Position numbers and translations under genes: made by a program
The notes under the pieces: model-generated
Databases searched by the model: none
The model's input: the letters and a program-made list of their open reading frames with translations, nothing else
What the model was told of the DNA's origin: nothing
Part shown: piece after piece, positions 18,333 through 28,180 of the stretch
Layout of the letters: the number at the start of each line of letters is the position of its first letter
Numbering within the stretch: the first letter of the stretch is position 1
Source of the DNA: Bacillales bacterium UBA1737
GTDB taxonomy: Bacteria; Bacillota_I; Bacilli_A; ML615J-28; CAG-313
Length of the DNA stretch: 62,265 bases
Direction of reading: 5' to 3'
Assembly (NCBI GenBank): GCA_002315915.1
Contig: DCIB01000024.1
Location: forward strand, 1-62,265

Positions 18333-20231
18333 ATGAGTTCAAAATATAAATCATATACAGGAAAAGCTATTAAAATTAATTTAACTACACAAGAAGTAAC
18401 TGATTATAATATTACAGATGAAGATAGAAATTTATACTTAGGTGGAAAAATTTTAGCTTCTAAAATAATGTATGATAATTTTCCAGGTAAAATTGATCCA
18501 TTATGTGAAGAAAATATTATAATTATTACAACTGGTCCACTTAATGCAGTTGGTGCACCATGCTCATCTCGTTTTAATACATCTACTATTTCACCACTTA
18601 CTGGATATTATACTTCTTCAAACTGTGGTGGTAATTTTGGTTTAGATTTAAAAAGAGCTGGTTATGATGCAGTAATCATTACTGGTAAAGCAAAAGAAAA
18701 AACATATCTTGTAATTGATAACACTGGTGTTAAGTTCAAAGATGCTACTGAATATTGGGGTATGAAAACTCAAGAAGTTCAAGAAGCAATTCCTGATAAA
18801 GGATCTAAATTTGTTATTGGACCAGCAGGAGAAAACTTAGTCAGATATGCATGTGTTGTTTCTGGTGAAAGAGCAGCTGGAAGAGGCGGCGTTGGAGCAG
18901 TATTTGGCTCTAAAAACTTAAAAGGCTTAGTTGCTTATGGATTAAAATCTCCTGAAGTTTACAATCCTAAAAAATTCCATAAAAATAACGAATTATGGAC
19001 TAAACGTTTAACAACACATCCAACTACTGGTCAAATATTACCAGAGCTTGGAACTGCATCACTTGTTACACCAATGCAAACTAAGAATTTACTTGCTACA
19101 AAGAACTATTCTAAAGGTAAATATGAAAAATTTGATGATGTATCAGGTGAAACTTTAAGAGATAAATACTTAGTTAGAAATTCAGGATGTACATCATGTC
19201 CAATTAGATGTGCAAGAATGGTTACTGTTGATAAAAAAGTAGTAAAAGGACCAGAAGTAGAAACAGTAGGATTATTTGGCCCAAATATTTTAAATAATGA
19301 TATGCAATCAATACTTGATTGGAACTATTATATGGATGATTTAGGTCTAGATACTATTTCTTGTGGTAATACAATTTCATATGCTATGGAAGCTAATGAA
19401 AAAGGATTATGGAAAAACGGATTAGAATTTGGAAAAATAGATAATATTGCATCTATTTTAGATGATATAGCACATCGTAAAGGTATTGGTAATGAACTTG
19501 CAGAAGGATCTAAACGTTTAGCAGAAAAATATGGTGGAAAAGAATTCGCTATGAATGCTAAAGGAATGGAACTAGCAGCTTATGAACCACGTGGTGCTGT
19601 AGGACAAGGTTTAGGATATGCTGTCGCAAACCGTGGTGGATGTCATTTAAATGGTGGATACTTAGTAGTACTAGAAGGTCTAGGATTATCTGTTAATCCA
19701 TATACTCCAAAAGGAAAAGCAGCATTCTGTATGATGTTCCAAGATTTAATGGAAGCATGTTCTGCAGGTGGTAACTGTTTATTTACTACATATGCATTCT
19801 TCCCTAATATTTTAATTAGTAAACCTAATAGTTGGATTACAAGAACTGTAAATAAGGTATTTTGTTCATTTGGTGGGGTTGTATCATTATTACTTAAGAA
19901 TCCTCGTATAGCTTGTATTAACTTACCACATATGCTACCACATACTAAAGGCTTAAAATTTGCTACTGGAATGTATATGGATATGGGTAAATTCTTACAA
20001 ATAGGTGAACGTGGATATAACTTAGAAAGATTAATTGATGTTAAACTAGGAGTATCTAGTAAAGATGATGTACTTCCTGCAAGATTAACAGAAGAATTAC
20101 AAATATCAACTAATAAAGATTCTAAAGTTCCACTAGATTTACTTAAGAAACAATATTATAAAGTAAGAAGCTGGGATAAAAATGGTATTCCAACTGATAA
20201 AATATTAAAGAAATTAAAAATTATTAAATAA
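18333..20231 (+). CDS. aor: Aldehyde:ferredoxin oxidoreductase family tungstopterin enzyme
   Basis: GRGGVGAVFGSKNLKG, cluster ligands GCTSCPIRCAR, and DLGLDTIS and GGCHLNGGY segments typical of AOR-family enzymes. I set the start at the ATG at 18333, 5 nt after AGGTGA. The track start is a GTG. Confidence 0.9.
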   Translation: MSSKYKSYTGKAIKINLTTQEVTDYNITDEDRNLYLGGKILASKIMYDNFPGKIDPLCEENIIIITTGPLNAVGAPCSSRFNTSTISPLTGYYTSSNCGGNFGLDLKRAGYDAVIITGKAKEKTYLVIDNTGVKFKDATEYWGMKTQEVQEAIPDKGSKFVIGPAGENLVRYACVVSGERAAGRGGVGAVFGSKNLKGLVAYGLKSPEVYNPKKFHKNNELWTKRLTTHPTTGQILPELGTASLVTPMQTKNLLATKNYSKGKYEKFDDVSGETLRDKYLVRNSGCTSCPIRCARMVTVDKKVVKGPEVETVGLFGPNILNNDMQSILDWNYYMDDLGLDTISCGNTISYAMEANEKGLWKNGLEFGKIDNIASILDDIAHRKGIGNELAEGSKRLAEKYGGKEFAMNAKGMELAAYEPRGAVGQGLGYAVANRGGCHLNGGYLVVLEGLGLSVNPYTPKGKAAFCMMFQDLMEACSAGGNCLFTTYAFFPNILISKPNSWITRTVNKVFCSFGGVVSLLLKNPRIACINLPHMLPHTKGLKFATGMYMDMGKFLQIGERGYNLERLIDVKLGVSSKDDVLPARLTEELQISTNKDSKVPLDLLKKQYYKVRSWDKNGIPTDKILKKLKIIK

Positions 20232-20233
20232 TT

Positions 20234-20479
20234 ATGGTTAAAGTATTATTATATGGTATTGCTCGTGTAAAATTTAATCAAAAAGAATTAGAAATAAATG
20301 CTGGTTCAATAAAAGATTTATTAACACAAATGGCAAAAACTATTAATGTTAAATATAAAGATATGAAAAATTATTTAATATATGTTAATGATATTAATAT
20401 ATCTGATTTAAAGATGTTTAATACAAAATTAAATGACGGCGATATCGTAATGTTACTTTCTCCTTCAAGTGGAGGATAA
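20234..20479 (+). CDS. moaD: MoaD/ThiS-family ubiquitin-like sulfur carrier
   Basis: 81 aa ending in SGG-stop, the diglycine C-terminus. It sits 2 nt after the aor stop. Confidence 0.8.
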   Translation: MVKVLLYGIARVKFNQKELEINAGSIKDLLTQMAKTINVKYKDMKNYLIYVNDINISDLKMFNTKLNDGDIVMLLSPSSGG

Positions 20480-20480
20480 G

Positions 20481-21092
20481 ATGATAGTAGAAGAAAAAAC
20501 TATTGCAATAATAGGCCTTGGAGGTTTAGGTGGTTTTGTAGCTGAGTATGCTGCTCGACTAAACTTTAAAAAAATTATTTTAATTGATGCCGATAAATTT
20601 ACTGAATCTAATATGAACCGCCAGCTATTATGTACTTCCGATACGCTAGATACTTTTAAAGTTGATAATTATTATAATAAAATTAAAAAAATATCAAATT
20701 CAGAAGTAATTGCAATAAAAGAATTCTTTAATGAACAAAATACAAATATAATTAATGATTGTGATTTAGTATTTGATTGTTTAGATAATATTAAAACAAG
20801 ATTATTATTAGAAAAAGTATGTTCACAAAAAAATATTCCTATTGTTCATGGTTCAATTGGAGATAATTTTGGTAATATATGTTTATCATTACCAAACTCT
20901 AAATCTATAGAAAAACTATACAAAAATAAAGAAGAAACAAAACTACATACTCAAGCGCATAGTGTTGCAATAATATCATCATTACAAATGGAACTTGCAA
21001 TAAAATATTTTTTAAATAAATATGATATGTTTATTAATAAGTTTATATATATTGATTTAGAAGACTTTGAAATTAAAATATTACAATTATAA
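20481..21092 (+). CDS. ThiF/MoeB/HesA-family E1-like adenylyltransferase (minimal form)
   Basis: IIGLGGLGG nucleotide-binding loop and the NMNRQLL motif. I set the start at the ATG at 20481, after the GGAGGA formed by the moaD Gly-Gly codons. Confidence 0.8.
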   Translation: MIVEEKTIAIIGLGGLGGFVAEYAARLNFKKIILIDADKFTESNMNRQLLCTSDTLDTFKVDNYYNKIKKISNSEVIAIKEFFNEQNTNIINDCDLVFDCLDNIKTRLLLEKVCSQKNIPIVHGSIGDNFGNICLSLPNSKSIEKLYKNKEETKLHTQAHSVAIISSLQMELAIKYFLNKYDMFINKFIYIDLEDFEIKILQL

Positions 21093-21121
21093 AAAAAGTT
21101 GTCCTATGGACAACTTTTTTT
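21091..21121. terminator. Bidirectional terminator between thiF-like and the NUDIX gene
   Basis: aaaaaagttgtcc/ggacaactttttt palindrome. Confidence 0.8.
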
Positions 21122-21136
21122 AATATCTATAAATTA

Positions 21137-21655
21137 TTATTCATCATATATACTTTTATCAGATAGTGTTGATTTCAAGAGTTCTAAATATTCTTTTGTA
21201 TACTGTACAAATTCTTTATTATTTATTAAAGTCATAATTTCATCAACCGATGCATATTTTACTTCTACAACTTCTTCTTGTTGTAACACTAATTGAGACA
21301 AGTCATAATCTTCTTGATAAAGAAATATATCATCAAATCCTTGATTAAAATTAAAAGTGAATATTGGTCTTATATTAGAAAAATCTTTATTAATAGATAA
21401 TTCTTCAAACAATTCTCTTTGGATTGCTTGTTTAGTATTTTCTCCGCTTGATACTTGACCACCAACAGTTATATCCCATAGATTTGGCCAATGAAATTTA
21501 TTAGGTGATCTTTTTTGTATTAATATTTCACCTTTAGAATTAAATATAACTAAATGAACTACTAAACGATATTCTCCTTTTTCTAAAGGAGTATATCTTA
21601 TTACCTTTTTATTTAAAGGTATTCTATCTTCATTATATAAATCAATATATTCCAT
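21137..21655 (-). CDS. NUDIX hydrolase
   Basis: Nudix box GGQVSSGENTKQAIQRELFEELSI. TAATG overlap with rnc. Confidence 0.85.
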   Translation of the reverse strand: MEYIDLYNEDRIPLNKKVIRYTPLEKGEYRLVVHLVIFNSKGEILIQKRSPNKFHWPNLWDITVGGQVSSGENTKQAIQRELFEELSINKDFSNIRPIFTFNFNQGFDDIFLYQEDYDLSQLVLQQEEVVEVKYASVDEIMTLINNKEFVQYTKEYLELLKSTLSDKSIYDE

Positions 21656-22368
21656 TATTTAACCATCTTTGATAAAGCATCTTTTGCTGCTTCTTGACCA
21701 GCATTCTTTTTAGAAGTTCCAGTTCCTATTCCAAGTGTTACACCATCTAGTTTAACTGCAATGGTAAATACTTTTTCATTAGGTTTTCCTTCTTCTTTTA
21801 TTAATACATATTCAACAGTATTTTGGTTATCAGCTTGAATATACTCTTGCAATTTAGATTTATAATCAACAAACATTATATTATCTGTTTCTAATATATC
21901 AGGAAAAACTATATTTGATAATACTTTTTTTACTGCTTCATATCCAAAAGTAAGATATGTTGCACCTAAAAAACATTCAAATGTATCAGCTATAACTGCT
22001 TTTTTTAATCTTCCACCAGTTTGTTCTTCTCCTACCCCTAATAGTAACATTTCATCTAGCTTTAAACGCTTTGCATAGTTATGGTTTGCTTCTTCACAAA
22101 CATATGTCATTCTTAATTTAGTCATCAACCCTTCTGTCATATTAGGGAATGTGTTATATATATATTCAGCAACACACATTCCAAGTAATGCATCACCTAA
22201 AAATTCAATTCTTTCATTGCTAACTAAATTGTGTTCATTTGCATAAGTAGAATGTGTAAATGCAAGCAGATAGTTATTATAATTATTAGTATGTAAATCA
22301 TAATTAGATAGTATGGTATCTAATAAATTAATATTTAAATGAATATTTTTATTCATATTAATCACCAT
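21655..22368 (-). CDS. rnc: Ribonuclease III
   Basis: NERIEFLGDALL signature and a C-terminal dsRBD (GTGTSKKNAGQEAAKDAL). Confidence 0.9.
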   Translation of the reverse strand: MVINMNKNIHLNINLLDTILSNYDLHTNNYNNYLLAFTHSTYANEHNLVSNERIEFLGDALLGMCVAEYIYNTFPNMTEGLMTKLRMTYVCEEANHNYAKRLKLDEMLLLGVGEEQTGGRLKKAVIADTFECFLGATYLTFGYEAVKKVLSNIVFPDILETDNIMFVDYKSKLQEYIQADNQNTVEYVLIKEEGKPNEKVFTIAVKLDGVTLGIGTGTSKKNAGQEAAKDALSKMVK

Positions 22369-24410
22369 TAATCAATCTTTGTCAATTTCATTTCATAATT
22401 TGTAAGACAAGTATTAAGTAAAAATTCATATTCTGGATTATTAAATAAATCACTAGAATTAAGAATAATAGAAGAATCTTCTAATGCAGTATGTAATAAA
22501 TCTTTATCTATTAATAAATCTGCATATTTAAAATTCATTGATCCTGCTTGTTTTTCTCCAAAGAATTCTCCTGGTCCTCTATTTAATAAGTCATACTCTG
22601 CAAGTTCAAATCCATCCGATATATTTTCTACCATATTTAGACGTTCTTTTGCGTTATCAGTTAAATTATATGGTATTAAAAAACAATATGGTACTTCACT
22701 ACTACGCATAACTCTACCACGTAATTGATGAAGAGTTGCAACGCCAAAACGTTCAGCTCCAAGTATAACAATAGTAGTAGCATTTTTTACATTAACACCT
22801 ACTTCAATTACTGAAGTAGCAACTAATATTTGAATCTTATTATTTAAGAAATCTTGCATGATAGATTCTTTTTCTTCTGAAGGAAGCTTTCCATGTATTA
22901 AACCTACACTTGCTATTCCTTTAAAATAATTAATCATCTTTTCATAAGTTTCTTCAGCATTAGCTGTATCAATAGAATCAGATTCTTCAATTAAAGGTGT
23001 TACAACATATATTTGATGATGTAAATCTAATTCTTTCTTCATGTGATCTATAACATCTTGTTTATGAGATTCATCTATTACTTTAGTTATTACTTGTTTT
23101 CTATTTAAAGGCATTGTTTTAATAACAGATATATCCATATCTCCATATGCTGATATAGCAAGAGTTCTTGGAATTGGTGTAGCTGACATCTTTAAATAAT
23201 TAACATATGTACCTTTATTTTTTATTAATACTCTTTGATGAACACCAAAGCGATGTTCCTCATCAGTAACAACAAGACCAAGTTTTGCGTATTCAACATC
23301 GCTTTGGAATAAAGCATGTGTTCCAATTACAATATTAACACTACCATCTTTAATTTCTTCTAATATCTTAGATCTTTTTGTTTGAGGAGTAGATCCTGTT
23401 AATAATTCTATATGAATATCTTTAAAATCCTTAAATAAATTAGTAAGTGATTCATAGTGTTGTTGAGATAATATTTCTGTAGGGCACATTAATACACCCT
23501 GAAATCCTCCAGAGCAACAAGCAAGTAACGCAAAACAAGCTATAATTGTTTTACCAGATCCTACTTCACCTTGTAATAATCTATTCATAGAATAAGTTGC
23601 TTTTAAATCAGTTAAAATATCATTAATAGCATTTTTTTGATCTAATGTTAATTCATATGGAATAATACTAGTTAATTTAGATAAATAATCTTCATTATAA
23701 TTAATTACAGGACAAGATGTATCTTGTTTTCTTTTATAATGAGCATATCTCATAGATAATTGATAATTTAATAATTCTTCATATTTAATTCTTTTTAAAG
23801 CTTTATTAATATCATCATAATTATCTGAAAAATGTAAATATTTAACTGCATCAGTTATTCCACATAAATCATGTTTATTTTTTAAATCTGATGGAAGAGT
23901 TTCTACTAAAAATGATTTATATCTTCTATATGCTTTTTCTACTATCGCAAGATATTTATCTAACGCAATATCTTTTATATGATATATAGGTACAATATTT
24001 CGATTCAATTCATCACATATCATTATATTATTAACAGTAAATGAATTTAAATTTTGATAAAAATGCCCTTGTACTCTTAAAACAGATCCATAATTAATTT
24101 TAGATTTCAAATATACTCTGTTAAATATAGTACAACGTATTATTCTACCATCAACTTCCATATTAAATACAACAGTTGATAGTTTAGTTTTTAAATAATT
24201 TACTACTACTTTACTAGATACAGTTCCTTCTAAAGTAATTATTTCATCAAGTTTAGCATTATTAATACTTGATACTATATAGTCTTCATATTTAATAGGA
24301 AAATTATATAGTAAATCATTAATAGTTTCTATTCCTTTTTTTTTAAGAAGTGTTTGGTATCTTGGTAAGATATAATCTTCATTTTCCAAATAGACTTTAT
24401 TTAAATCCAT
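22368..24410 (-). CDS. recG: ATP-dependent DNA helicase RecG
   Basis: GEVGSGKT Walker A, DEEHRFG and QLRGRVMR motifs plus an N-terminal wedge/OB region. I set the start at the ATG at 24410 (MDLNK), after GGGAGG. Confidence 0.9.
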   Translation of the reverse strand: MDLNKVYLENEDYILPRYQTLLKKKGIETINDLLYNFPIKYEDYIVSSINNAKLDEIITLEGTVSSKVVVNYLKTKLSTVVFNMEVDGRIIRCTIFNRVYLKSKINYGSVLRVQGHFYQNLNSFTVNNIMICDELNRNIVPIYHIKDIALDKYLAIVEKAYRRYKSFLVETLPSDLKNKHDLCGITDAVKYLHFSDNYDDINKALKRIKYEELLNYQLSMRYAHYKRKQDTSCPVINYNEDYLSKLTSIIPYELTLDQKNAINDILTDLKATYSMNRLLQGEVGSGKTIIACFALLACCSGGFQGVLMCPTEILSQQHYESLTNLFKDFKDIHIELLTGSTPQTKRSKILEEIKDGSVNIVIGTHALFQSDVEYAKLGLVVTDEEHRFGVHQRVLIKNKGTYVNYLKMSATPIPRTLAISAYGDMDISVIKTMPLNRKQVITKVIDESHKQDVIDHMKKELDLHHQIYVVTPLIEESDSIDTANAEETYEKMINYFKGIASVGLIHGKLPSEEKESIMQDFLNNKIQILVATSVIEVGVNVKNATTIVILGAERFGVATLHQLRGRVMRSSEVPYCFLIPYNLTDNAKERLNMVENISDGFELAEYDLLNRGPGEFFGEKQAGSMNFKYADLLIDKDLLHTALEDSSIILNSSDLFNNPEYEFLLNTCLTNYEMKLTKID

Positions 24411-24431
24411 AATAAAGCCTCCCATCATTAT

Positions 24432-24461
24432 TTTTTAAAAAGAGCACATTATGTGCTCTTT
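24432..24461 (-). terminator. Intercistronic hairpin between yloV-like and recG (possible attenuating terminator or processing site)
   Basis: aagagcac/gtgctctt stem followed by T5 on the minus strand. Only about 17 nt separate it from the recG RBS, so recG probably depends on read-through. Confidence 0.4.
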
Positions 24462-24466
24462 AATTA

Positions 24467-26161
24467 TTACTCAATTGAGAAAATATATGAGTATACGTCT
24501 TGTTTTCCTTCAATGACATCAATTTCTACTGAATAATTATCTTCAATAAATGCTTTGACTTCATTTACTTCATCAAGAGTTACATCAGCACCATAAATAA
24601 TTGTGATAATTTCTTTTTCGTCAATATCAGTTTTTTCTAATAGAGCTTTAACAGCTTCTATTCTTGCAGCATAAGAAACTACAATTTTACCATTCTTTAT
24701 ACCAATAAAATCATCTTTCTTAATAACTACATCTTCAAATTCAGTATCACGAATTGAATAAGTTATAAGTCCTGTTGTAACATTATCAATAGTTTTTTTA
24801 ATACCAGCTAATATAGTATCTGGATCTTCACTACTTAAATCAAGCATAACTAAAGAAGAATATCCTTGAGCAAGAGTTTTTGATGGTGCAACATATACTT
24901 TAGCTGGACCATTATAATATTTAGCTGCTTGTTCAGCTGCCATTACAATATTAGAGTTATTAGGGAAAACAATAATGTTTTCAGCATTGATTTGATCGAA
25001 ACCTTTTACAAAGTCTTCAGCTGATGGATTCATACTTTGTCCACCAGAAACAATATAATCAACGCCTAATTCTTTAAATGTATTTACAAGTCCATCACCT
25101 GATGCAACTGCTACTAACGCAAATTTCTTCTTTTCTTGTTGTTCACGAAGTGCAACACATTGTGGACAATTACATTGATTGTTTGGATCAGTTGTAACTG
25201 ATTCAACAATTGAACCTTCATTATGTGAAACTTGCATATTTTCAATTTTTATAGTGATATATTCACCATATTCTCTACAATGAGAAAGAACAAGTCCTGG
25301 ATCCATTGTATGTACATGTACTTTAACTATATCTTCATCTTGTAAAGCAACAATGCTATTACCAATAGTTTCTAACCAATCAGAAATAGTTTTAACATTA
25401 AATGTAGGAATATCTACTTTTGAATATTGTAATTGTAAAATAAATTCTGTACAATAACCATATTCTAATGTACTATGTGCATTAAATGAAGATCTATCAA
25501 CTACTGCAACATTTTGAACATTGTCATCATTTACTAATATTTCTTCACCATTTAAGTATTTTTGCATACCTTCGAATACACAAATTAAACCTGCACCACC
25601 AGAATCTACTACACCTGCTTCTTTTAATACAGGCAATAATTCAGGTGTTCTATCTAAAGATAATTTTGCTTCAGAAATTAATTTATTAAAATAATCTTCT
25701 AAAGAATCTTTTGACTTTAATGTTTTAAAAGCTTTTTCACAAGATTCTCTTGCAACAGTTAAAATAGTTCCTTCAACTGGTTTTAATACAGCATGATAAG
25801 CTTGTGTTACACCAGATTGAAATGCTTTTGCAAAATCAACAACTGTTCCTTCAGCAAGTTCACCAAATCCTTTATAAATTCCTCTAAAAAATTGTGATAA
25901 AATAACTCCGGAATTACCACGAGCACCCATTAACATACCGCGAGATGCAAGTTTACTCATCTCAGACACACTAAAAACTGTTTCATTAGCAATAGCTTGA
26001 ACACCAGCTTCAATAGTCATACGCATGTTAGTACCAGTATCACCATCTGGTACAGGGAATACATTTAACGAATCAATATATTTATAATTAGCTCTTAAGT
26101 TCTTTGCGCCACTTGTTACGAGATTCTTATATAATTCTCCGTTGATTCTTAATGTTGACAT
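24467..26161 (-). CDS. DAK2 domain fusion protein (YloV family)
   Basis: 564 aa. The N-terminal Dak2 domain has VFPVPDGDTGTNM. The C-terminal domain looks DegV-like. The position next to recG and rpmB matches B. subtilis. Confidence 0.85.
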   Translation of the reverse strand: MSTLRINGELYKNLVTSGAKNLRANYKYIDSLNVFPVPDGDTGTNMRMTIEAGVQAIANETVFSVSEMSKLASRGMLMGARGNSGVILSQFFRGIYKGFGELAEGTVVDFAKAFQSGVTQAYHAVLKPVEGTILTVARESCEKAFKTLKSKDSLEDYFNKLISEAKLSLDRTPELLPVLKEAGVVDSGGAGLICVFEGMQKYLNGEEILVNDDNVQNVAVVDRSSFNAHSTLEYGYCTEFILQLQYSKVDIPTFNVKTISDWLETIGNSIVALQDEDIVKVHVHTMDPGLVLSHCREYGEYITIKIENMQVSHNEGSIVESVTTDPNNQCNCPQCVALREQQEKKKFALVAVASGDGLVNTFKELGVDYIVSGGQSMNPSAEDFVKGFDQINAENIIVFPNNSNIVMAAEQAAKYYNGPAKVYVAPSKTLAQGYSSLVMLDLSSEDPDTILAGIKKTIDNVTTGLITYSIRDTEFEDVVIKKDDFIGIKNGKIVVSYAARIEAVKALLEKTDIDEKEIITIIYGADVTLDEVNEVKAFIEDNYSVEIDVIEGKQDVYSYIFSIE

Positions 26162-26292
26162 ATATATAAAAAACCTTTCTTTTTTAAATAATCTATTTTA
26201 TATGTATTAGATTTTCACCAATACTTAAATATTATACCTAATTTATACCCTTTTTTCAAGCAATATATTACTTATAGACTAATTCAAAATAC

Positions 26293-26321
26293 TTGCACCA
26301 ATAATATGTATTTGATATAAT
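26293..26321 (+). promoter_or_regulatory. Sigma-A-type promoter for rpmB
   Basis: TTGCAC, a 17-nt spacer, then TATAAT preceded by TGa (extended -10). Confidence 0.65.
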
Positions 26322-26359
26322 AAAAAAGGTTAAAATAATAATTATCGGAGGTTTCTTTT

Positions 26360-26563
26360 ATGGCAAGAAGATGTTATGTAACTGGTCTTGGTACTGTAAC
26401 TGGAAACAATCGTTCACATTCTTTACAAGCAACACGTCGTACTTGGAAAGCTAATTTACAAAAAGTTAGAATTAAAGATGAAGATGGCAGAGTTGTTAGA
26501 GTATATGTATCTGCACGTGCTTTAAGAACAATGGCTAAGAACGGTTCAGTAGAAAGAGCTTAA
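26360..26563 (+). CDS. rpmB: 50S ribosomal protein L28
   Basis: MARRCYVTG...GNNRSHS...[13 protein letters not shown] is a canonical L28 sequence. GGAGG RBS. Confidence 0.92.
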   Translation: MARRCYVTGLGTVTGNNRSHSLQATRRTWKANLQKVRIKDEDGRVVRVYVSARALRTMAKNGSVERA

Positions 26564-26574
26564 TAAAATAAAAT

Positions 26575-26603
26575 GTAGGTATTCAAATGAATACCTACTT
26601 TTT
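26575..26603. terminator. Terminator shared by rpmB and the convergent membrane-protein gene
   Basis: gtaggtattc/gaatacctac stem, aaat loop, then T5. Confidence 0.8.
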
Positions 26604-27315
26604 AATTTATATTATTGATTTCTTTATTATCATAATAATTAATAGATAGAACAATAATAAACTGTGCAATTATATAAAAGAACCATATAACATCAAATTT
26701 ATACATAATTCTGAAAAATATATTATTAGTATCTAAACCAAGAATATGGGTTTCCATCGCATATGTTATTAATGTATATATGTCACAACAAAGAAATGAT
26801 AATAGACCTATCCATAAAAGCTTAAGATTTAATCTATTATTTATACTTGTTATAACGTTTATAATAAGATTGACAATATATATTCCACTTATTCCGATTA
26901 ATAAGCTAAAACTATCATTTAAAACTATTGCAGAGACAATTACTAATAAGATTGACAATATTAGTCTTAACATATTAAACATTTTATACTTAGATTCAAA
27001 TTTATTTATTAAAATCATATACATTATCTGAACAATATTAAAAGATATCATTGCAATAATTTGTGTAGTTTCAGTTCTATTATCAATATCAACTAAGAAT
27101 GTATCTGATATAAGAGTAAATAAGCCTGCAATAACAAAATAAAAAGGTTTTTTATTTTTTTTACTAAAATAGATAGAACTTATTAAGAAAAAAGAAATTG
27201 TACTAACTTTTTTAACAAAATATAATCCATCATCAATAAATAAAACCCAAGTGAAAAATAATACAGATAAGATAAAATAAATTATCTTATCTGTATTTTT
27301 AATTATTTTTAACAT
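26602..27315 (-). CDS. Hypothetical polytopic membrane protein
   Basis: 237 aa with about 7 hydrophobic segments. I recognise no motif with confidence. Confidence 0.45.
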   Translation of the reverse strand: MLKIIKNTDKIIYFILSVLFFTWVLFIDDGLYFVKKVSTISFFLISSIYFSKKNKKPFYFVIAGLFTLISDTFLVDIDNRTETTQIIAMISFNIVQIMYMILINKFESKYKMFNMLRLILSILLVIVSAIVLNDSFSLLIGISGIYIVNLIINVITSINNRLNLKLLWIGLLSFLCCDIYTLITYAMETHILGLDTNNIFFRIMYKFDVIWFFYIIAQFIIVLSINYYDNKEINNIN

Positions 27316-28145
27316 GTTTTATTTTTCTTTATATTTGATAATTCAAATACAATAAATCCTATTAAAGTAAATCCCAATATATAAATTAATAAGAATATAA
27401 TATATCCAACAACAGATTCTCCTGCTTTTAATAACGGGAATAACATACCAACTAAAGGTAAGGAACATCCAAAATGTCTACTTATATAGAACATATTGAA
27501 TTGATCATCGGCTGATAAAACATTAGCATTATATACAATTTCATTTAATGCAAAAGCGATTAAACAAGTAACAATAAATACAATTGTTCCTTTAATAAAA
27601 TAATTAAAGTTAATTCTATCTTTATAATATACTAATGAATATATTCCAACTATTATTTGACCACCATGATGAATCATAGTTTGAATGTCTAAAAATACAT
27701 TTCTAACAAATACTTGTCCAGGATATGCAAAAACAGTTATACCGCCAAACATCGCAAAGAAACAACAAAAACTTACTAATGAATCCCTAAATTTAGAGTC
27801 CTTTAAGAATACAATAAAAGGGAATAAATATAATGGCATAGAACATAATTGGAATGGAAATGAATACCATAAATATTTCCAAACAACTTGATCATTAACA
27901 ATTTCCATTGATCTTGAAATTTGTTTAATGATTTCAAGAGAAAACATTATAATCCACCAAATAAATACAGTTAATCGATAGAATTTTTCATTTGCATTCT
28001 TTTTGAAAATATATAAAAATAATGTAATACCTAAAACAATTAAAATAAACATAATGTGAAACCAACCAAATAATGTAGGAATATCTGATTGTTCACAATT
28101 TATAGTAAAAAAACTAAAAAATTTTTCAAAATTATTCATATACAT
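27309..28145 (-). CDS. Integral membrane protein, YwaF/TIGR02206-like
   Basis: 278-aa polytopic protein. FGWFHIMFIL and FPFQLCSMPLYL resemble the conserved motifs of the YwaF family. Confidence 0.45.
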   Translation of the reverse strand: MYMNNFEKFFSFFTINCEQSDIPTLFGWFHIMFILIVLGITLFLYIFKKNANEKFYRLTVFIWWIIMFSLEIIKQISRSMEIVNDQVVWKYLWYSFPFQLCSMPLYLFPFIVFLKDSKFRDSLVSFCCFFAMFGGITVFAYPGQVFVRNVFLDIQTMIHHGGQIIVGIYSLVYYKDRINFNYFIKGTIVFIVTCLIAFALNEIVYNANVLSADDQFNMFYISRHFGCSLPLVGMLFPLLKAGESVVGYIIFLLIYILGFTLIGFIVFELSNIKKNKTC

Positions 28146-28180
28146 ATATCCTTTATTAAAGAATTTGTTTTAATTTTATC

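Noticed and set aside
17949-21092. Visibly higher G+C in the aor and tup genes as evidence of horizontal acquisition.
   Set aside because: Other conserved or membrane proteins (eno, the yloV-like gene, the symporter, the MFS genes) show the same elevated G+C. No mobility genes, tRNA or direct repeats flank the cluster. I cannot compute compositional statistics here.
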